From positions 20,602-84,601 of the forward strand of contig CAZBPG010000005.1 in the NCBI GenBank assembly GCA_964493695.1: a stretch of DNA of 64,000 nt, in the 5' to 3' direction. Below, one piece after another: positions 10,368 through 18,434 of the stretch (position 1 is its first letter; the number at the start of each line of letters is the position of its first letter). Position numbers and translations under genes: made by a program. Under the pieces are notes generated by a model. The model had not been told where the DNA came from. It worked only from the letters and a program-made list of their open reading frames with translations, and did not search any database. This DNA comes from an uncultured Chitinophaga sp. Its GTDB lineage: Bacteria; Bacteroidota; Bacteroidia; Chitinophagales; LD1.

Positions 10368-10420
10368 GTCATTTTTTTAAGGAAACTGCTTTTTGCCCGA
10401 AACGGTGTTACAAAATCGGC

Positions 10421-12772
10421 TTACTCCACTATCAATTTACTGCGAAGAGTAGTACCGGTTTTTTCGAGGCTTATCAGATAAACTCCTTTAACTAATGAAG
10501 CCGTAGTTATTGACGATTGACCATTGACCATTGACCATTGCAGAACCAGTTTGCCGGTAGCATCAAAAACTTTCAGCTCTGCTCCTATCCAATTGCTGCC
10601 GGTTACTATTTGCAGGTTACCCCTTGGGTTGGGGTTCGGGTAAACACTGAATCTGTCTTCTCCTGCTTCCTGAATGCTGTTATAGATGAAGCCAACTTCT
10701 GAAGACAGGCTGCTGCAAAAATTGCCGTCTGTTACTAATACCGAGTAGTTACCGCTTTCGGCAGGAATGTAGGTGTAGTTGTTTGCGGTTGGAATCAATT
10801 GCCCGTTCAGATACCAAAAGAAAGTATAACCGGCACCGGTGGGACTTGCTGTTAGCGTATTTCCTGCTGTTGTAATCTGTGCGTTAGGCGTATCTGTCAT
10901 CACTACGTTCAGTGAAAGAGTGTTGCTGTTACCGCAACTGTTCGAAGTATTTATGGTAATGGTTCCGGATGAATTGACGTTGATAATAGGAGCCGCTGAG
11001 TTACCGGTGCCAACAAACGACCAGTCGTTTGGGATAACCCAGTTGTAATCATCATTGCCGGTTGGGAAAGGATTAAGGGTATAATACGTCCCTGTTCCGC
11101 CTCCCATACAGATAGTATCCGGTCCGGCAATTTCTCCGGCAAGGGTTGGCGCGGTGTTTACTGTTACATTAAAATACGAAGGCAAGCTTTGGCCACATTC
11201 GTTTACGGCTAACACGCCCACATTGCCCCCGGTGCTGTTAGTAGTTACGGCAATGTCGGTTGAATCGTAAGGTGCACCGGGTAGCCAGCCTGTCGGGAAA
11301 TTCCATTCATAGGAATTGGCACCGCTAACCGGTGCTATGGAAAACTGAAGAAGCTGCCCTGCACAGGCAGTATCGGTTCCGGTAATAGTTCCGGGTGTTC
11401 CAAGTGTGGAAGGAACCACGGTAATTATTTTGGTAACCGGTGAAGTTATTCCGCAGTTATTTTCGGCAGTTACAGAAATTGTTCCACCGGTGGTGCCGGA
11501 GGTTACCTGAATAGAACTGGTATCGTTTGCACCGGTAATACTCCAACCGCCCGGCAAAGTCCAGTTATAAGCAGTTGCCGCAGTGTCGTTTTGCACGGCA
11601 ATACTGATATTGGCAATTCCCGAACAAACCGTATCGGCAGCAGTAATGGCAGAAGGTGTTACCGGTGGCAGGTTTTCGGTAACGGTAACCGATACTGCAG
11701 CCAGCGAACAGGTGCCGTTGCCTACCACCACCGAGTATGTTCCTGCTGTATTCGGGTGAAGCATGAAACCGGTAGAGTTATCGTTCCATAAATATTGAAA
11801 GCCGCTTGGGTTAGCGGTAAGCATGGTGCTGTTGCCGCTGCAAAAACTCGGGGTGCCTCCAATAGATGCACTGGAAGGAACCGTGTTGGTGCAGTTGCGC
11901 TGTTTCACATCTACCGTATTGGCGGTATATCTCGATTCAAAAAGAGTCCATGCACTGCAATCGCCTTTTAAATAGTAATCGAGAAAAGGAATAAGATGAT
12001 ACAGCGTTTTATCAATCTGCTGTTGCCGCGTTAGTGCTGAACTGGCACAGCCGGAAAAGCCTTCGCCAAAACTGCAGGCAGAGTTAGCGTTGCCGTACTG
12101 GCAATGCAGCCCACCGGTAATGTTGATTAAGAATTTGCAACCGGAACCGGATGAATCATACATAGGTTGCTGGTGAGTGGCAATGGGCGCAATGCAATCC
12201 AGGCTACCGGCAAAGGAGAGATAGGGCTTGGTCATTAAAGGGGCGGCAGTAACCGAAGACGGATTGGTAACCGCTGCGGCAAACGTAAAACTGCAGGCCT
12301 GCGGGTTGCCGTATTGTGCCGAAAGCACGGTGCTTCCTCCGCCCATGGAGTGGCCACCGGTAGCCCCCTTAGCTACTACTTTATTATAAAAAGGCGAAGC
12401 GTTGTTACCGGTTCCTTCCGCAATTAATTTGTTGTATACAAAAAGAATATCCTGCGCAAAGTTGGCGTGGCTGGGCGAAAGACCGGTTTCGGTAGTCAGC
12501 AAACCCACAATGTAGCCGCGCTTGGCGAGCGAGTCGGCATAGGGGTAATAAGGGGTTTGGTTCATACTGAAACCGTGCGCAAAAATTACGAACGGAAATT
12601 GGCCGGTGGCTACCGCCTGATTGGTACCGGGGTACCGGAAATCAACCCCTACCGAACGATTGCTGCGGGCAGGGTCGGTATAGGTAATGGTTTGTGTGCC
12701 TATGGTATAAAATTGGGCATACATATACAGAGCAGAAAATACAGCTACTACAGTGAGGATGTTCTTTTTCAT
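10421..12772 (-). CDS. T9SS-secreted alpha/beta hydrolase (cutinase/dienelactone-hydrolase/PET-hydrolase-like esterase) with PKD-like repeats
   Basis: 783 aa with a signal peptide. The nucleophile elbow is GHSMGGG (Ser codon at complement of 12347-12349). Candidate Asp lies in SLDCIAP and candidate His in GGLHCQ. Three ~80-aa PKD-like repeats follow, then a C-terminal VYPNP...KGVYLISL...KLIVE type-A sorting domain. Confidence 0.85.
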   Translation of the reverse strand: MKKNILTVVAVFSALYMYAQFYTIGTQTITYTDPARSNRSVGVDFRYPGTNQAVATGQFPFVIFAHGFSMNQTPYYPYADSLAKRGYIVGLLTTETGLSPSHANFAQDILFVYNKLIAEGTGNNASPFYNKVVAKGATGGHSMGGGSTVLSAQYGNPQACSFTFAAAVTNPSSVTAAPLMTKPYLSFAGSLDCIAPIATHQQPMYDSSGSGCKFLINITGGLHCQYGNANSACSFGEGFSGCASSALTRQQQIDKTLYHLIPFLDYYLKGDCSAWTLFESRYTANTVDVKQRNCTNTVPSSASIGGTPSFCSGNSTMLTANPSGFQYLWNDNSTGFMLHPNTAGTYSVVVGNGTCSLAAVSVTVTENLPPVTPSAITAADTVCSGIANISIAVQNDTAATAYNWTLPGGWSITGANDTSSIQVTSGTTGGTISVTAENNCGITSPVTKIITVVPSTLGTPGTITGTDTACAGQLLQFSIAPVSGANSYEWNFPTGWLPGAPYDSTDIAVTTNSTGGNVGVLAVNECGQSLPSYFNVTVNTAPTLAGEIAGPDTICMGGGTGTYYTLNPFPTGNDDYNWVIPNDWSFVGTGNSAAPIINVNSSGTITINTSNSCGNSNTLSLNVVMTDTPNAQITTAGNTLTASPTGAGYTFFWYLNGQLIPTANNYTYIPAESGNYSVLVTDGNFCSSLSSEVGFIYNSIQEAGEDRFSVYPNPNPRGNLQIVTGSNWIGAELKVFDATGKLVLQWSMVNGQSSITTASLVKGVYLISLEKTGTTLRSKLIVE

Positions 12773-12883
12773 TCGGCTTGATTGTTGGTCAAATATATTT
12801 ATTCAAACAAGTGCGCTGTTTATTTGTTCGTTGGTTGGCGGAAGAAGATTTTTTTTATTTTTCGCAGTACAATTTTCAAAATT

Positions 12884-13273
12884 ATGATAGTTAATGCCAC
12901 ACACTTTATACCGGTAAAAGAAGCTGCGAAAATACAAGGCGTTACCGCGCGAACCGTTCACGAATGGATTAGGAACGGTAAAATAGGCTACATTAAAATG
13001 GGCGGAACCAATTACGTGCAGCGCGGTTCGGGTAAAGAGTTTCACGAAAAATACTCCGGATTGAACATTGATTTTGGCCGCTTAATATGGGTGCCCAAGT
13101 TTGCCAAACAACGCAAAATTGCCCCACGCACTATTTATGAAAAGATAATTCTGGGAGTTATAAATGCTGTAACACTTGGCGACAAGGTTTTTGTTGACCC
13201 TCAAGACCCCAGTATGGTTAAATTCCTCGAAACCAGAAAAAGAAAGCCCCGCAGGAAAAGACCCTTCTTCTAA
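12884..13273 (+). CDS. small DNA-binding protein with two excisionase/MerR-type helix-turn-helix modules and a basic tail
   Basis: Two HTH-like segments are present: VKEAAKIQGVTARTVHEWIRNGKIGYIKMGG and KFAKQRKIAPRTIYEKIILGVINAVTLGDKVFV. The C-terminus is RKRKPRRKRPFF. I chose the ATG at 12884 rather than the TTG-extended track ORF at 12782. Confidence 0.6.
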   Translation: MIVNATHFIPVKEAAKIQGVTARTVHEWIRNGKIGYIKMGGTNYVQRGSGKEFHEKYSGLNIDFGRLIWVPKFAKQRKIAPRTIYEKIILGVINAVTLGDKVFVDPQDPSMVKFLETRKRKPRRKRPFF

Positions 13274-13310
13274 TCGGCTTTCAATATGAGCCTCGCAAGA
13301 CCTGTAGACG

Positions 13311-13510
13311 AATATAATTGTATAAAAATATCTGTCGACATACCAGCGAACGGATAATTTTGTACAATTATAGATGCCCGCCAACAATTGGACGCATATT
13401 TTTGTACAATTATATCTGTTGACATACCATTGTGCATATATAATTGTACAAATCTACCTGTTGACTGACCAATAGGCGCTTATTTTTGTACAATTATATC
13501 CGCACAATGG
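13311..13510. repeat. array of five copies of a 15-nt AT-rich motif (TTTTGTACAATTATA) in alternating orientation, forming two long hairpins
   Basis: Copies lie at about 13311-13330 (reverse), 13355-13375, 13396-13415, 13435-13454 (reverse) and 13481-13500. Three are followed by a CTGTYGAC(A/T)(T/G)ACCA box. Arms 13428-13454 and 13481-13510 pair at about 24 of 26 positions. Confidence 0.8.
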
Positions 13511-13591
13511 TAACAAAAACACTATTTGGAGAACCAAGTTACCCCAATTATACCTATAAATGGCAGTTTTCTTTAAAAAACAAGGGTTTGC

Positions 13592-14332
13592 TTAGTTGAA
13601 GACCGAAGCCCCGGATTGCAGGAAGGGGTTGTTGCGTCTTTCAATGCCTATAAACGTTTCGGGGCCGTGGCCGGAGTATACTTTAACATCATCGGGCAGC
13701 TTCATCATTACCTCGGTAAGCGATTTAAACAGCACCTGCCCATCGGCACCCGGTATATCAAAGCGGCCTACACTGCCCTGAAACAGCACATCGCCACTGA
13801 AAATTATACCCCCCTGCCCCCTAAAGGGGGTGTTAACAGCCGAACCCGAATCTTCATTTGACTGCTTGTCTTTAAAGCCCCCTTCAGGGGGTTGGGGGTT
13901 GTAGTAAAACGCCAGATGGCCCGGTGAATGGCCGGGAACAAAAAGCACTTTCAAAACAGTTTTTCCGAATTTTACTTCATCGCCTTCTTTCAAAAAATTC
14001 TTCGGCTCCGGTGAGGCTTCGCAGTTAAAACCGAAATAACTTTGGTAGTCGAGCGCGGCATACATTACCTGCAGTTCTGTTTCATGAAACTCCGGCAGCA
14101 GGTTATAAGTGTCGCACACAAATTTATTGCCCGGAAAATGGTCAATGTGGCAATGCGTATTCAGCAACTTCACCGGTTTCAAGCCATGCGCCCGAATGGT
14201 TTGTGTTAATTGATTGCGCTCTTTGTCGCTGCTGCAACCGGGGTCTATGATGATGCACTCTTTTGTTTCGTCTTCTATTATATAGGTGTTTTCCTGAAAC
14301 GGATTAAAAGTATGTTTATGAACCTTAAGCAT
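13592..14332 (-). CDS. MBL-fold metallo-hydrolase (glyoxalase II-like)
   Basis: 246 aa. It carries the HCHIDH metal motif, PGHSPGH, SGDVLF..GRFD and SGHGP. A ~30-aa insert sits between FYY and IIFSGD. Confidence 0.9.
   Translation of the reverse strand: MLKVHKHTFNPFQENTYIIEDETKECIIIDPGCSSDKERNQLTQTIRAHGLKPVKLLNTHCHIDHFPGNKFVCDTYNLLPEFHETELQVMYAALDYQSYFGFNCEASPEPKNFLKEGDEVKFGKTVLKVLFVPGHSPGHLAFYYNPQPPEGGFKDKQSNEDSGSAVNTPFRGQGGIIFSGDVLFQGSVGRFDIPGADGQVLFKSLTEVMMKLPDDVKVYSGHGPETFIGIERRNNPFLQSGASVFN
13809..13898. repeat. 90-bp GC-rich palindromic element inserted in frame in the MBL hydrolase gene (MITE/RPE-like)
   Basis: The termini are inverted repeats: CCCCCCTGCCCCCTAAAGGGGG (13809-13830) and GCCCCCTTCAGGGGGTTGGGGG (13877-13898). 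Each contains a CCCCC-N4-GGGGG hairpin. The length is exactly 30 codons. Confidence 0.55.
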
Positions 14333-14379
14333 AATTTATTTTTTAAGTTTGAAAGGCGAAAATAGAATTCTGAAATTCG

Positions 14380-14673
14380 ATGGCAGGCAAAAAAAGCTTT
14401 TATTTTACCGAGCATGCGTTGGATGAAATAGACAATGATGATTTACTGATAGAAGATGTAATGGCTGCCGCAGCAACAGGAGAAATAATTGTGAGTTATG
14501 AAAATGACAAACCCTTTCCTTCGTTTTTAAAACTGGGTTGGTCATCGGCTAAAACAAAGTATCCGGTTCATGTGGTTTGTGCCACAGATGACACTGACAG
14601 AATACATATTATAACTGCCTACAAACCCGATTTTAACCGGTGGCACAAAAACTTTAAAACCAGAAAAAAATGA
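14380..14673 (+). CDS. DUF4258-family protein (putative toxin)
   Basis: 97 aa. The pattern FTEHALDEI...EDV...GEII..YENDKPFPSFL.LG...YPVHVV.A....IHIITAYKPD...W is as I recall for DUF4258. It overlaps the next gene by 4 bp (ATGA). Confidence 0.7.
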   Translation: MAGKKSFYFTEHALDEIDNDDLLIEDVMAAAATGEIIVSYENDKPFPSFLKLGWSSAKTKYPVHVVCATDDTDRIHIITAYKPDFNRWHKNFKTRKK

Positions 14674-14897
14674 ACTGCACTCTTTGTAAAAACGGAAAAC
14701 TGAAAAAAGGGACCACCTCAAAAATGTTTGAGAAGGACGGCTCAATTGTGGTTTTTAAAAATGTAAAAGCACTGATTTGCGATAACTGCGGAACAAAGTT
14801 TTTCGACAGTGATACATCCATCCGGCTGTTAAACAAAGCTCGCGAACTCCGCAAACAGGGCACTGAACTGGAAGTAATAAACCTGAAAGCCGCGTAG
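14670..14897 (+). CDS. YgiT-type zinc-finger protein (MqsA-family antitoxin N-terminal domain only)
   Basis: 75 aa with CTLC...CDNC (two CxxC pairs) in the YgiT arrangement. It is translationally coupled to the DUF4258 gene. Confidence 0.7.
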   Translation: MNCTLCKNGKLKKGTTSKMFEKDGSIVVFKNVKALICDNCGTKFFDSDTSIRLLNKARELRKQGTELEVINLKAA

Positions 14898-14909
14898 GGC
14901 TTCGTATCC

Positions 14910-17900
14910 ATGATGTTTTTCAAATTAAACATTCTTTACTCCTACTGGCACCGGCTGTTGTCTTGTGTCTTATGTCTTGCGTCTATGGTCTCTTTCTCAC
15001 AAAGCATAGAGCGGTTCGGCCAGAACCGGGTGCAGTACAAAGATTTCAGTTTCTCTTATTACGAAAGCGACAACTTCATTACTTACTATTATCCGGGCGG
15101 GCAGGATATTGCCAAATACGTTATCAAAGCCGCTGAAGATAACAGCGATGAAATTTCGAAAATACTCGACTACCGGTACAAGCGCAAGATCGACATTATT
15201 GTTTACAACAACATCAACGAACTGAACCAAACCAACGTTGGTGTTTACGACCCCGGTCAGGTACAGGGCGGCACTACCAAAATACCCGACAGCAAACTGT
15301 TTGTTTACTTCAATGGCGACCACCGGAACCTCGATAAACAGATACGCGAAGGCATTGCAAAAATTTATATCGACAAGTTAGTGCAGGGAACCACCTTTGG
15401 CGAAGTTATTCAGAATGCCGTGTTGCTCAACCTGCCCGACTGGTATAAAACAGGCCTGGGAAAATACATTGGCGAGCCCTGGACCAGCGATGATGAAGAC
15501 CGCCTGCGCGATGGAATTACAGACGGCCGTTTTCAAAAACTGAACAAGCTGCCACCGGAGGAAGCCATTTTTGTGGGTAAGAGCATTTGGCATTATATAG
15601 AGGAAGTGCACGGCAAAAGCACGGTAAGCAACGTGCTTTACCTCACCCGCATTAACCGCAGCGTTGACAATGGCTTTACGTTTGTGCTCGGCACCAATCT
15701 TTCCGAAACGTTAACCGACTGGTATGCTTATTACCTCAACCGGTTCAATAACGAATCAAAAATTTCTTCGCTGCCCGATGGACCGGTGAAAGCCGGAATC
15801 AGAAAAGGAATTGATTACTACCAGCCCAAGTTAAGTGCCGATGGAAAACATGTAGCGTATGCCAGCAACGATATGGGTCGTTACAAAATTCATTTGCTCA
15901 ATACCGAAACCGGTAAAACCAAAGTGCTGTTCAGGGGCGGATGGCGCACCAACACCATGATTACCGACCAGAGTATTCCGCTACTGGCTTTTGACCCCAC
16001 CGGTAAGCGGCTTGCTTTTATTACCGATAAGCGTTCCGAAATTTTTATCCGGTTCTACGATGTAGAAAAAAAGAAGATGGAGAAAAACCCTGTCCGCAAA
16101 TTTCAGAAGGTGGTCAGCTTTTCGTTTATGGACTCGAAACAGTTAGTGATGAGTGCCGTGCAGAACGGGCAAACAGATGTCTTTTTGTATAACATCGGCT
16201 CTACCACCACCCGGAAAATTACAGACGATTATTTTGACGACCTCTACCCTGCTTACATTTCAGCCGACAGCATCCGCGGAATTATGTTCGCCAGTAACCG
16301 CGAAGACGATACCCTGCGCCAGCAGCGTTACGAAAGCCAGGTGATGAACAAGCAACTGGATTTGTTCTTTTACGATTTAGATGCCAACCAGAATGTGCTG
16401 TACCGCATTACCTCCACTCCTTTTGCCAACGAAACCGCTCCGCAAAATTTAAACGACAGCACCTTTTGCTTTTTAAGCGATAACAACGGAGTGCGCAACC
16501 GGTATATCGGCCACTTTGAAAGTGTGTTTGACCATAACCAAAAAACCATCCGTTTTGTTTCGAAAGAAACCGGTGATACAGATTCGCTGCAGGTGCACGA
16601 AAGTGTTTCTGCCGAATCTATGATTGACAAAAGTCTGGAGGAGTTAAAAGACACATCGTTTCAGAAAGTTTACAAAGTGGGCGGGGTTACGGCTTCCTAT
16701 ACCAACTATACTTACAACATCCGCGAACAAACGGTAGTGCCGCAAAAAAATCTGGTGCTCGACATGTTCCGTATCAACAACAAAATCCAGTTCCGCAAGT
16801 ACAACACAGAAACCACCGCTTCACCGGGCAGGGCACCGGTGATGGATTACATGCTTAAACTGCAAAATAAAGCACAGGAGGCTGTAAGCACCGAACCGAA
16901 ACAACCGTTAACTGCCAGCGGAAAAACGTTGTTAGAAGTTTACGATTCTATTAAAGCCAGCAAAGGCAAACGCTCTTTCGATTTTCAAAGCGAGTTTGAC
17001 TACGGCATTAAACTCTTCGACTGGGATTCTGCTTCATCTTCCAAACTGGCCGAAGCACAAAACGGATATGTGTTCCGCTTTTCGCGCGTGCGGCCGTATT
17101 TCGTACGCTTTGCAGTAGATAAGGTAATTGCCAATTTTGATAACGGCCCCATCATCACTTTGTATCAGCCGTTCATCGGCCGGTATTTTAACGCACCGGT
17201 GCCGTTGGCAATTAAAGTCGGCATTACCGATTTGCTCGATAACTACAAAATATATGGCGGCATCCGCATTCCGTTTCAGGACCCGGCAAAAAATCTGGAG
17301 TACTTCATCACCTACGAGAATCTTAAAAAGCGTTTAGATAAAAAACTGACTTTCTACAGAGGAAGCCGCTCCGGTGCTATAGTTTTTACTGATGACTATC
17401 TGAATCAGGTGGTTGGACAATCAGAGTTCAGTCTTAAAACTAACTATCTGGAACTTGATTTAAGATATGCGCTCGATGTATTAAACGGCTTGCTCTTCCG
17501 CTTCGGTTTCCGCAACGACAATATTTTGGTAAAGGCCATTGATCAACCGAGTCTGGCTTTCCCTAAAATTTCTGACAACTGGCTTTCGTTCCGCACCGAA
17601 TACGTTTTTGATAACTGTATTGAAGTAGCCACTAATATCCGGTACGGTACGCGCTTTAAAGTTTTTGCCGAAGTGCAAAAAGAATTTCCAACTAAGAATA
17701 AAACCTACTCGGGCGATTTCGATTTACCGGTGCCGCAGTTTAACAACAAAGTGCTTTCCATTTTCGGTTTCGATTTGCGCCACTACCAGAAAGTATATAA
17801 GCAGATTATATGGGCCAACCGCATTGCTGCCGGTGCATCGTTCGGCACAGCAAAAATGATTTACTATGCCGGTGGCCTCGAAAACTGGATAACCGCTCCG

Positions 17901-18383
17901 CGGGTTTCCAAGTGGGACGAAACCACACCCATCAATTACAATAACAATTACGCGTTTCAAACTCTCGCCTCACCTATCCGCGGGTTTAAGCAAAACGCAC
18001 GCAATGGCGATAAATACATTGTGTTCAACAGCGAATTACGGGTACCCATATTTGCAGCACTCATCCGCGGCAATATTAAATCGGAGTTTATCCGCAACTT
18101 TCAGTTAGTGGCTTTCTTCGATGCCGGCACTGCCTGGGAAGGTGCAACTCCGTGGTCGGGTAACAATCCCTTATTCAGTCAGCAATTCTATAATCCTCCG
18201 CAGAACCCTTCGGTGATTGTAAAGTTGCAGCGTTACAAAAATCCTTTCATCATGGGTTTTGGTCCGGGAGTGCGCACTACCTTCCTCGGATACTTTATCC
18301 GCTTTGATACCGCCTGGGGCTACGACACCGGTCTTGTTTCTAAATATCCGGCTTACTATCTTTCGTTCGGCTTAGATTTTTAA
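14910..18383 (+). CDS. outer-membrane protein with TolB-like PD40 beta-propeller repeats and a C-terminal Omp85/bacterial-surface-antigen barrel
   Basis: 1157 aa with a signal peptide. PD40-like segments include DGKHVAYASNDMGRYKIHLLNTETGK and FDPTGKRLAFITDKRSEIF. The C-terminus FDAGTAW...GFGPGVRTTFLGYFIRFDTAWGY...YYLSFGLDF matches the Omp85 terminal motif. Confidence 0.65.
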   Translation: MMFFKLNILYSYWHRLLSCVLCLASMVSFSQSIERFGQNRVQYKDFSFSYYESDNFITYYYPGGQDIAKYVIKAAEDNSDEISKILDYRYKRKIDIIVYNNINELNQTNVGVYDPGQVQGGTTKIPDSKLFVYFNGDHRNLDKQIREGIAKIYIDKLVQGTTFGEVIQNAVLLNLPDWYKTGLGKYIGEPWTSDDEDRLRDGITDGRFQKLNKLPPEEAIFVGKSIWHYIEEVHGKSTVSNVLYLTRINRSVDNGFTFVLGTNLSETLTDWYAYYLNRFNNESKISSLPDGPVKAGIRKGIDYYQPKLSADGKHVAYASNDMGRYKIHLLNTETGKTKVLFRGGWRTNTMITDQSIPLLAFDPTGKRLAFITDKRSEIFIRFYDVEKKKMEKNPVRKFQKVVSFSFMDSKQLVMSAVQNGQTDVFLYNIGSTTTRKITDDYFDDLYPAYISADSIRGIMFASNREDDTLRQQRYESQVMNKQLDLFFYDLDANQNVLYRITSTPFANETAPQNLNDSTFCFLSDNNGVRNRYIGHFESVFDHNQKTIRFVSKETGDTDSLQVHESVSAESMIDKSLEELKDTSFQKVYKVGGVTASYTNYTYNIREQTVVPQKNLVLDMFRINNKIQFRKYNTETTASPGRAPVMDYMLKLQNKAQEAVSTEPKQPLTASGKTLLEVYDSIKASKGKRSFDFQSEFDYGIKLFDWDSASSSKLAEAQNGYVFRFSRVRPYFVRFAVDKVIANFDNGPIITLYQPFIGRYFNAPVPLAIKVGITDLLDNYKIYGGIRIPFQDPAKNLEYFITYENLKKRLDKKLTFYRGSRSGAIVFTDDYLNQVVGQSEFSLKTNYLELDLRYALDVLNGLLFRFGFRNDNILVKAIDQPSLAFPKISDNWLSFRTEYVFDNCIEVATNIRYGTRFKVFAEVQKEFPTKNKTYSGDFDLPVPQFNNKVLSIFGFDLRHYQKVYKQIIWANRIAAGASFGTAKMIYYAGGLENWITAPRVSKWDETTPINYNNNYAFQTLASPIRGFKQNARNGDKYIVFNSELRVPIFAALIRGNIKSEFIRNFQLVAFFDAGTAWEGATPWSGNNPLFSQQFYNPPQNPSVIVKLQRYKNPFIMGFGPGVRTTFLGYFIRFDTAWGYDTGLVSKYPAYYLSFGLDF

Positions 18384-18434
18384 TCAACCTTCAATTCGTA
18401 TCATTGCAGCCTGAAAAAAAAATATGCTGCTCCA

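Noticed and set aside
12782-12883. TTG-initiated N-terminal extension of the HTH protein, and similar track extensions at 21791, 44667, 47817, 60554 and 38364
   Set aside because: The extensions are hydrophobic or low-complexity, sometimes overlap the divergent neighbour, and an ATG sits right before the conserved domain. The internal ATG starts are preferred but unproven.
13082-13387. 101-aa minus-strand ORF spanning the end of the HTH gene and the first repeat copies
   Set aside because: It overlaps the better-supported plus-strand HTH gene and runs through the AT-rich repeat array. It shows no motif.
13419-13444. TTGACA ... TATAAT sigma-70-like promoter inside the repeat array
   Set aside because: The spacer is only 14 nt. 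In addition, Bacteroidota primary sigma factors use a different consensus (TTTG / TAnnTTTG).
13311-13510. Possible CRISPR array
   Set aside because: The repeats are only ~15 nt, alternate in orientation and are irregularly spaced (~25-45 nt). No cas genes are present in the window.
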